Origin: an uncultured delta proteobacterium
GTDB lineage: Bacteria > Desulfobacterota > Binatia > Bin18
Assembly (NCBI GenBank): GCA_963733195.1
Contig: CAVTCR010000070.1
Coordinates: 49,056 to 113,055 of the forward strand
Direction of reading: 5' to 3'
DNA length: 64,000 bases
Shown: positions 19,620 to 27,583 of the stretch, one piece after another
How the letters are laid out: each line of letters begins with the position of its first letter
Numbering within the stretch: the stretch's first letter is position 1
Position numbers and translations under genes: made by a program
The notes under the pieces: generated by a model
What the model saw: only the letters and a program-made list of their open reading frames with translations
Databases searched by the model: none
Told to the model about the DNA's origin: nothing

Positions 19620-19712
19620 TGCGGATCGCGTGTTGCGTGTTACGTGATGCGTGAAACGTGGAGGTAAGACCTGAGACTTTTGTAACACGCAATACGCACC
19701 ACGCAGTATGGT
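19620..19712. repeat. Inverted pair of heptamer arrays
   Basis: CGTGTTG/CGTGTTA/CGTGATG/CGTGAAA facing TAACACG/CAATACG/CACCACG. Confidence 0.7.
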
Positions 19713-19750
19713 CCACGCTTCTGCTCTCCTGACGAACGAAAGGAAATGGC

Positions 19751-20704
19751 ATGTCCGCGACAACGAAATTCGGTATTGGCCTACCGAACGGATTCCCGCG
19801 CAGTGAAGTAAACTCAACCGAGTATCTTGAGGTTGCCACGAAAGCTGAAGAGTATGGATATGACTCTGTATGGGGCGGGGATCACATTGTGTTCCACATT
19901 CCTCGGTTCGAGATTTTTACTACATTAGCAGCGGTAGCCGCACGCACGACACGCATTCATCTTGGCCCAGCAGTGTTGCTTTTGCCGTTGCGGAATCCGG
20001 TGCACGTCGCGCAGGCCGTTGCTACGCTTGATCATATTTCAGGCGGACGGTTCATCTTTGGTGTCGGCGTTGGTGGTGAGCATCCCAAAGAATTTATGGC
20101 ATCGGGCGTACCAGTCAAAGAGCGCGGAGCGCGAACGAATGAAGGCTTAGAAGTCTTGCGCCTACTGTGGACGGGAGAGCCGATCGCATTCACGGGAAAG
20201 TATTACCGCTTTGACGCGATCGCTATGTTGCCCACGCCCTTGCAGCGACCACATCCACCAATTTGGGTCGGGGGGCGAAGCGAGGGCGCCTTGCGACGAA
20301 CCGTAAAGTATGGACAAGCCTGGGCTCCTGCTTTTGTGACGCCAGAGCGTTTTCTGCAAGGGAGAGCGCGACTTGACGAGTTATGTCGTGAAGGTGGACG
20401 TGATCCTAAAGAGGTGGAGTCGGCCGTCTATTGCTTTGCCAATGTAGGAACAAGTCGAGAGGCGGCATGGGCGGAAGCCGGTGCATTCTTAAGCAGCAAT
20501 TACAACATTCCTGCTGCGCCATTTGAACGCCTTGCATCCATGGTACCCCAGAGGACTGTATCACTCACACCCGACGCTTTATTGATGCCGGTGCTGAACA
20601 TATTGTTGATTCGCTTTGCGAGCCCAAACCCAGTGCAACAACTGGAACGATGGACAGAAGGATGTGATGCCAGGGTTACGGTGAAAAAGAACGTAATTCC
20701 GTGA
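19751..20704 (+). CDS. LLM class flavin-dependent oxidoreductase (probable frameshifts in the 3' part)
   Basis: GYDSVWGGDH, ATLDHISGGRFIFGVGVG, PPIWVGG. Confidence 0.85.
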   Translation: MSATTKFGIGLPNGFPRSEVNSTEYLEVATKAEEYGYDSVWGGDHIVFHIPRFEIFTTLAAVAARTTRIHLGPAVLLLPLRNPVHVAQAVATLDHISGGRFIFGVGVGGEHPKEFMASGVPVKERGARTNEGLEVLRLLWTGEPIAFTGKYYRFDAIAMLPTPLQRPHPPIWVGGRSEGALRRTVKYGQAWAPAFVTPERFLQGRARLDELCREGGRDPKEVESAVYCFANVGTSREAAWAEAGAFLSSNYNIPAAPFERLASMVPQRTVSLTPDALLMPVLNILLIRFASPNPVQQLERWTEGCDARVTVKKNVIP

Positions 20705-20733
20705 CGCGTGTTGCGTGGAACCTGGAACGAGTA

Positions 20734-21177
20734 ATGAATCGGAGATTATCTTTCCCTTACTGGCTACTGGTTACTGGTTACTGGCTACTTTTTCCCGTCT
20801 TGCGCGCTTTTCGATAACACAAAACTGGAACAACAAAAGGCTGAAATCGAGCGACTGAAGCAAGAGACCGCGCAGCTCAAGGCTGAAGCAGACGCGTTGC
20901 AGCAGAGCGTGAAAAAGAAGAAAAAGAACGGATTGCATGCAATCAAGCCTTTTCCTCTTTTGACGCGGCACGCAAGGCGACGAATGATGAAGAGGCGATC
21001 TCCCGATATCGCGAGGGACTTGACCTGTGCCCGAGCGATGAAGTTGCGCACAATGAGTTAGGGGAAGTATATTCGCGCGCAGGACGACCTGCGGACGCCC
21101 GTGCCGAGTTTGAAGCGGCACTGAAGCTCAATCCCAACTTTGCCCGAGCGCAGAAGAATTTGGATACGTTGCGGTAA
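20734..21177 (+). CDS. Putative TPR lipoprotein (two frameshifts; not in the ORF track)
   Basis: Stitched frames: MNRRLSFPYWLLVTGYWLL-FPSC, coiled coil EQQKAEIERLKQE, TPR AHNELGEVYSRAGRPADARAEFEAALKLNPNFARAQKNL. Confidence 0.65.
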
Positions 21178-21379
21178 TACACCGCAGAAGTTGCGTAAAT
21201 TGCCGCGGTGAGGATGCGGGAAATGTCGCTATTCGATCTACCGCAATCCACAAACAGGACGTACCGTTACAGTGCTCGTCATCGCGAGATCAAAGACACT
21301 ATCGTTATCACTATATGTGAGAAAATCAACATATCTCGCCCGGAGTGACATGCACGACTGGCCACGCCAGGAGTGACTC

Positions 21380-22147
21380 TTAGCGATGTTGGATTGCAAG
21401 ACCTGGCTCTTCCTTTATTGAGACTATACTGCTTGGGGATGTCTGCTCAGTACGTTCGCCGTTCAACAACAATTTCCCGGAATAAGGAATCGCTCCGGCA
21501 TATTGGGGGAGAGGCGATGGGAGCCCGTTTCCTGCGTGGGCGCGGGATTGCAGCGTGAGTTGTGAGCCCCACAAGCGGGCAAGATTCTTCTCTGTGTTGT
21601 TAAATGTGAAATCATGGCTCGATACTAATCTGGCTAAGCTGGAGTCAAGCAGCCACCCGCCGCTTGGTGCAAAGACGACTCGTCGTTGCACGTCATACAT
21701 GGCAATTTCTTTCCCACTACGAAAACTTTCCGGTTTGGTGAAGTCGCGTGTCGCTTGGGGATCGAAAAAGAAGCGTAACGTCCCTTGGCTTTCGATGAGA
21801 AGGGCGGGGGGATTTTGTTGTATATCGACTACTATTCCTTCGATAACAAAAGTGACGATCGCTGATGACTCATTTTCAGCAGATTGTAGTGTGGTGCGAG
21901 GAAGCGCTTCGATCTCAGACAAGTATCCGTAGGCAAGGAACGGGGCTCCTTCGACTGCACGACCGCCGAACAACACCCATGATGAAAACCGGGCGAGTGC
22001 GGGACTCTCTTGTGTCGTGCTATCCTCGGCCTGAGCCTTCTGCGTTTCCCAACTAGTGAGAAAGAAGAGTGCAACGCTTAATGCCAGGAGTGTGGCAGTA
22101 CGCGGAGTCCTCCGAAGCATCTGTACACGGTTAGAATCTACCCGCAT
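21380..22147 (-). CDS. Hypothetical secreted protein
   Basis: Long ORF with signal-like segment TATLLALSVALFFL...AQA; start uncertain. Confidence 0.55.
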   Translation of the reverse strand: MRVDSNRVQMLRRTPRTATLLALSVALFFLTSWETQKAQAEDSTTQESPALARFSSWVLFGGRAVEGAPFLAYGYLSEIEALPRTTLQSAENESSAIVTFVIEGIVVDIQQNPPALLIESQGTLRFFFDPQATRDFTKPESFRSGKEIAMYDVQRRVVFAPSGGWLLDSSLARLVSSHDFTFNNTEKNLARLWGSQLTLQSRAHAGNGLPSPLPQYAGAIPYSGKLLLNGERTEQTSPSSIVSIKEEPGLAIQHR

Positions 22148-22175
22148 TCGTGCGCAATCCTGTTGTGATCGCTCG

Positions 22176-23157
22176 CTACGAACGGTACAACACACTTTTT
22201 ACCGCGTTTATTACCTTCTCTGTATTCGGAAACACCAAATGTTCTAGATTTTTTGCGTATGGCATCGGTACGTCTTCGCCAGTGACACGCGTTACCGGAG
22301 CATCAAGATAGTCAAATGCGCTACTCATAATGCGGTGCGAGATTTCAGCTCCGGCTCCGGCAAACGGCCAACCTTCTTCAACAATGACACAACGACTGGT
22401 CTTTTTAACAGAACGGAGGATCAGAGCTTCATCCAGTGGACGGATCGTGCGAGGGTCAATAATTTCGACCTCAATTCCGCCTTTTGCCAATTCAGTGGCT
22501 GCTTCTAACGCGACAGCGACCATCTTTGACCACGCAACAATGGTGACATCTTTTCCTTCGCGTTTTACGTCGCCTTTGCCAAGCGGTATCGTATATTCTT
22601 CTTCTGGAACTTGGCCTTTGCGGCCATAGAGCAATTCACCTTCAATGAAAACAATCGGATTCTCATCGCGAATGGCGGATTTCAATAGTCCTTTAGCATC
22701 ATACGGTGTCGCTGGTGCTACAACTTTCAAGCCTGGGACGTACGCGTACAGACTCTCAACTGCTTGTGAATGCTGGGCCGCCAAGTTGATGAGCCGCACC
22801 GCCGGGACCGCGAAAAACGATCGGCAGCGATAACTGCCCACCAGACATATAGCGCAATTTTGCAGCATTATTGACGAGTTGGTCATAGGCGCATAACGAG
22901 AAGTTCCACGTCATGAACTCGATGATTGGCCGCAGGCCAACCATCGCTGCACCAATGCCAATCCCCGCAAATCCGGTTTCAGCGATCGGCGTATCGACTA
23001 CTCGACGCTCACCAAAACGATCAAGCAGACCTTCTGAGACCTTGTAGGCGCCGTTGTAATAGCCAACTTCTTCGCCCATTAAAAACACGCGCTCGTCGCG
23101 TTCCATTTCTTCACTCATTGCTTCACGAAGAGCTTCACGGTAGGTAATTTCGCGCAT
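22176..23157 (-). CDS. pdhB: Pyruvate dehydrogenase E1 beta subunit (frameshift near 22780)
   Basis: [25 protein letters not shown]; second frame QHSQ...DAKGLLK...LDAP. Confidence 0.92.
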
Positions 23158-23301
23158 ACTTAAATCCTCGTAAACCTGGAAACGTACAGCCTGAAAATGG
23201 ACCTCCTATTTCACACCTTACGTGTTACGTGAAAAAGGAATCATGCTCCATTCTTCAGGCCTCGTTACGCACATGACTCATTACTAGTTATTCATTACGA
23301 T

Positions 23302-24315
23302 CTACGCTCGTGCTCGTCGCGGTAAGAGAACGACTTTCTCGGGCCCGCCCTCTTGGGGCGTCTCAGTGTATATGTCATCATACAGCGTTGCCGGATCGGG
23401 GACCGGCGATTCATCGGCAAACTTCACTGCTGCATTCACATCCTGTTTGGCTTGCTCGTCCACTGCTTTCAATTGCGCTTCGCTGGCGACCCCCAGCTGG
23501 TAAATCCGTTCGGCAAGAATACGGATCGGGTCGCGTTTCATCCATTCCTCGACTTCTTCTTTGGTGCGATATTTAGCTGGATCGGACATCGAATGGCCAC
23601 GAAAACGATAGGTTTTTGCCTCTACTAAGATCGGTAAACTCTCGGTCCGTGCCCGCTTGGCAGCACGACGAACAACCTCGCGGACTTCCAACACGTCGTC
23701 CCCGTTCACAATTTCCTGGGCCATGGGATAGCCCTTGGCGCGTACGGCAATATCTTCAACCGCTAGGGTACGATACAGTGGAGTACCCATCGAATACAGG
23801 TTGTTCTCGCAAATGAAGATCACTGGGAGTTTCCACAGCGCCGCCAACGCCATTCCTTCATGAAACGCACCCATGTTGGCTGTTCCGTCACCAAAGAAAC
23901 ACAAGGTGACGTCTGGTTCACCTCGATACTTGGAGGCAAAAGCGATACCGGCAGCAATGGGAACGTGGCTGCCAACAATCGCATGTCCGCCCATGAAGCG
24001 TTTGCTGGTGTCAAAGAAATGCATTGATCCGCCACGGCCTTTGGCACAGCCGGTGGCTTTGCCGAACAATTCTGCCATTGCAGCATTCATATCGCCGACA
24101 CGGGCCAGATAATGCGCATGTTCACGGTAGGTTGCGAGGAGGTAATCGGTTGGTTCAACGGCAGAGATCGCGCCAACCGCGACGCCTTCCTGGCCATTAT
24201 ACAAATGAAGAAATCCACCTATCTTGCCACGGCTATATTGCCGAGCACATTCTTCTTCAAAGCGACGGATACGAATCATGTCACGGTACAACGACAGCAT
24301 TAGATCTTTATCCAT
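23302..24315 (-). CDS. pdhA: Pyruvate dehydrogenase E1 alpha subunit
   Basis: GFLHLYNGQE, TPP motif FFGDG...ENN, TYRFRGHSMSDP. Confidence 0.95.
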   Translation of the reverse strand: MDKDLMLSLYRDMIRIRRFEEECARQYSRGKIGGFLHLYNGQEGVAVGAISAVEPTDYLLATYREHAHYLARVGDMNAAMAELFGKATGCAKGRGGSMHFFDTSKRFMGGHAIVGSHVPIAAGIAFASKYRGEPDVTLCFFGDGTANMGAFHEGMALAALWKLPVIFICENNLYSMGTPLYRTLAVEDIAVRAKGYPMAQEIVNGDDVLEVREVVRRAAKRARTESLPILVEAKTYRFRGHSMSDPAKYRTKEEVEEWMKRDPIRILAERIYQLGVASEAQLKAVDEQAKQDVNAAVKFADESPVPDPATLYDDIYTETPQEGGPEKVVLLPRRARA

Positions 24316-24333
24316 GAGAACTCCCTTCTCTGG

Positions 24334-24455
24334 GAATGAAGAGTGTAGAATGAAAAATGAAGAATGAGCAAAGCCATAGATGTTATACCGTGCGTGGATG
24401 CCTTCTTGCTATATTCTTCATTCTTATATCTTCACTATAATTCTTACATTCTTTT
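24334..24455. repeat. Inverted pair of heptamer arrays
   Basis: GAATGAA-like units facing TTCTTCA/TTCATTC-like units between pdhA and the acyl-CoA dehydrogenase gene. Confidence 0.6.
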
Positions 24456-25649
24456 TCATCTTCCTTTTGGCATTTTTAGCACACGTTCAGCGATAATGTT
24501 GCGCTGGATTTCTGACGTGCCAGCTTCGATCGTATTCGCCCGTGAGCGCATAAAGTGATGCTGCCAGCGTCCACCTTCAATCGCCCACGGAGACTCACGC
24601 ATGAGCTGATTATACGGACCTTCCAACATCATCGCGGTTTCTTGCATACGTTGATTGAGTTCACTCCACCATAATTTCAGAATCGACCCTTCTGGTCCCG
24701 GCGTTCCACCACGTAGAATGCGGGTAAAGTTACGATAGCAGTTATACTTCAAAATCTCGACATCGATGAGATGTTGTGCGAGTTGCTGACGGACCAACGG
24801 GTCTTTCGTTGCATTCTGGCCGTTGACTGACGATTGTTTCGCCAGTGTCACAAGATTCTCATAAAGGATACGAAAACGAGCTTGGGTACCGAATGAGGCT
24901 GTTCCACGTTCGTTCATGAGGGTGGTGAGTGCGACTCCCCAACCGTTGTTCAGTTCTCCGACTAAATTGGTCCGCGGTACGCGGACATCTTCAAAGAAAA
25001 TCTCGTTGAACTCGGATTCGCCGGTCATCTGTCGTAATGGTCGTACCGTAATGCCAGGACTTTTCATATCAACAAGGATATACGAAATGCCACGATGTTT
25101 TGGAGCGTCGGGATCAGTACGAACGAGGAGCATGCACCAGTCGGAGACCTGGGCGAGGGTCGTCCACACTTTTTGTCCGTTGATAATGAACTCATCGCCG
25201 TGCAATTCCGCTTTCGTGCGAATCGAGGCAACATCAGAACCGGAGCCGGGCTCGGAAAACCCTTGGCACCAGATCTCGTCACAGTTGAGGATTTTCTGTA
25301 GATGACGTTTTTTTTGTTCTTCTGTGCCATGGACGATAATCGTTGGTCCAGCCATGCTGAGTCCAAGCACGTTGAGCGGCCCCGGAGCTTCAACTTTGGC
25401 CATCTCTTCATTGAAGATAGCCATTTCGATCATTGATGCGCCACGCCCTCCGTACTCTTTGGGCCAAGATAATCCTACGTAACCACCTTCGTACATCTTT
25501 CGTTGCCAATCGCGCAGGAACGCAAGCCGTCCTTCGCCCTTGGGCGCTTTGTACTCTGCGCTTCCCCACCCAGCAGGGAGGTTCCTTTGCAACCAATCGC
25601 GGAGTTCCTGGCGAAAGTGTTCTTCTTCGGGTGAGAATGAGAAATCCAT
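24456..25649 (-). CDS. Acyl-CoA dehydrogenase
   Basis: WCQGFSEPGSGSD, NGQKVWT, TIEAGTSEIQRNIIAER. Confidence 0.93.
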   Translation of the reverse strand: MDFSFSPEEEHFRQELRDWLQRNLPAGWGSAEYKAPKGEGRLAFLRDWQRKMYEGGYVGLSWPKEYGGRGASMIEMAIFNEEMAKVEAPGPLNVLGLSMAGPTIIVHGTEEQKKRHLQKILNCDEIWCQGFSEPGSGSDVASIRTKAELHGDEFIINGQKVWTTLAQVSDWCMLLVRTDPDAPKHRGISYILVDMKSPGITVRPLRQMTGESEFNEIFFEDVRVPRTNLVGELNNGWGVALTTLMNERGTASFGTQARFRILYENLVTLAKQSSVNGQNATKDPLVRQQLAQHLIDVEILKYNCYRNFTRILRGGTPGPEGSILKLWWSELNQRMQETAMMLEGPYNQLMRESPWAIEGGRWQHHFMRSRANTIEAGTSEIQRNIIAERVLKMPKGR

Positions 25650-25759
25650 CCCTTTTCTCCTTCTTCTATCTTACATGTTCTGAACTTGCGGGGAATACAA
25701 GGGATAAAACGTGAAGCATGAAAAGAAAACTATTCTGCCTTTCCGGGTTCCTTTACGTT

Positions 25760-27499
25760 TTACGCATTACGTATTACGTCACGCGGTCCCCTTCGCGCCC
25801 CTTCCAGCATCTCTCGCGCATGCCGTCGTGCTTCAGTACTAATCTCTACACCGCCGAGCATACGAGCGATTTCTTGGAGTTGTTCACTCTGCGTGAGCTT
25901 TTTTGTAGAGGAAACTGTACGGCCCCGAGTCGTTGTCTTCACTACGGTATACGCATGATCGGCAAAAGCAGCGATCTGGGGCAGGTGGGTGATACACAAC
26001 ACCTGTCGCTGCTTGGCGAGGGTTTTGAGACGACGACCAACAACTTCGGCAATAGCGCCGCCAATCCCAGCATCGACTTCGTCAAAGATCAGTGTTGGTG
26101 CTTCTCCTGCCGCTGCGCTTAAAGCTTTTAAGGCGAGCATCAGACGAGACAGCTCACCACCAGAGGCAACTTGCACCAGCGGACGGAGCGGCTCGCCGAC
26201 ATTGGCAGACAGGTAGAACTCTATCTGATCACACCCTGTTGATCGGAGGTGTTGATGTCCGTGAACGAATGGAGTTCCGGTTGGCTCTCCATTTTCGTTG
26301 GCAGATGCTTCAAGAAAGCGAACGCTGAAGGTTGCACCTTTCATACCGAGTTTAGTCAACTCTTTCTTCATGCTCGCTTCGAGTATCCGAGCGGCGTTCC
26401 GTCGGTGTTGCGACAACTCCTGTGCCCATGTCCATGCGGCGGCCGAGGCGGTTTCTATGTCCTGCCGCAAAGTACCGAGTGCTTCTTCCCCACCCTCGAG
26501 CTGCTGTAATTCTTGTGTGATTGATTCATACAACGCGAGCGCTGCCTCAAGACTGCCACCATATTTGTGTTTGAGGCGCGAGAGTAAGGTGAGTCGTGTA
26601 TCGACCTCTTCCAGTCGATCTGGATTGAGGCGAACGCGGGTTCCGTATTTATGGAGTGACCGGGCGGCTTCTTCGACCTGAGCGACACTACTACTGACCA
26701 GGGCAACAATATCTTCTAGTCCACCATCAATCCGGGCCAATTCACGCAGCCGAGTCAGTAGTCGTCCTAGGCGATCGGTAACAGCTTCTTCTCCTCCGAC
26801 CAACAGCTCTTCTCCAGCAATCACTCCTTGTGCAAGTTTTTCTGCGTTTACGAGGAGCAATTTCTCTTGACGAAGACTTTCATCTTCTCCCAGATGGAGG
26901 TCTGCTCGTTTGATTTCGTCAGCTTGGAAACGGAGAAGCTCCCGTCGTGCCTGCGCAGCCTCTTTGCCTTGGGTGAGGGCCTGAAGCCGAGACCATAGCT
27001 GGCGGAGCGCAGAATAGCGTGTGTCCATCTCTCGGAGCTGCAGCGTGTGGCTGGCAAAGCCATCGAGTAGTCCTAACGCAGCTTCTGCTTGGAGTAAGAC
27101 TTGCTGCTCATGCTGTCCGTAGATGTGCATGAGTTGCTCGCCGAGTTGGCGGAGGACCGCGACGGTTGCGACTGCACCGTTGAGATACACGCGGCCACGC
27201 CCATTCTGTGAGATGATCCGTCGCACGAGCAGTTCGTCATCGGTGGGATATCCGCTTTCCTCTAAAAGGCGCGTGATACGATCGTCATCAATCGTAAATA
27301 CGGCTTCAACGCTGGCTTCTTGGGCCTCGTGACGAATAAGGTCGGACGCTGCGCGGCTGCCAATGGCTAGTCCCAGCGCTTGCATCAGTAAGCTTTTGCC
27401 GGCACCGGTCTCTCCAGTAATGACATTAAAGCCTTCGTCGAATGAGACTTCGAGATCATCGATCAGAGCAAGGTTCTTGATATGAAGATGACGGAGCAT
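25760..27499 (-). CDS. recN: DNA repair protein RecN
   Basis: ITGETGAGKS, GQHEQQ, ASGGELSR, FDEVDAGIGG, ITHLPQIA, EIARMLGG. Confidence 0.96.
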   Translation of the reverse strand: MLRHLHIKNLALIDDLEVSFDEGFNVITGETGAGKSLLMQALGLAIGSRAASDLIRHEAQEASVEAVFTIDDDRITRLLEESGYPTDDELLVRRIISQNGRGRVYLNGAVATVAVLRQLGEQLMHIYGQHEQQVLLQAEAALGLLDGFASHTLQLREMDTRYSALRQLWSRLQALTQGKEAAQARRELLRFQADEIKRADLHLGEDESLRQEKLLLVNAEKLAQGVIAGEELLVGGEEAVTDRLGRLLTRLRELARIDGGLEDIVALVSSSVAQVEEAARSLHKYGTRVRLNPDRLEEVDTRLTLLSRLKHKYGGSLEAALALYESITQELQQLEGGEEALGTLRQDIETASAAAWTWAQELSQHRRNAARILEASMKKELTKLGMKGATFSVRFLEASANENGEPTGTPFVHGHQHLRSTGCDQIEFYLSANVGEPLRPLVQVASGGELSRLMLALKALSAAAGEAPTLIFDEVDAGIGGAIAEVVGRRLKTLAKQRQVLCITHLPQIAAFADHAYTVVKTTTRGRTVSSTKKLTQSEQLQEIARMLGGVEISTEARRHAREMLEGARRGPRDVIRNA

Positions 27500-27583
27500 G
27501 GCGTTTGAGCCGTCAGCAATCAGCCTTCAGCGAAATATCCGCAAATTGTACCTTCTGTAGTTCTTCCAACAAGGCCGGGGGCT

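Noticed and set aside
19003-19839. 278-aa ORF opposite gloB
   Set aside because: Antisense shadow that includes translated heptamer repeats
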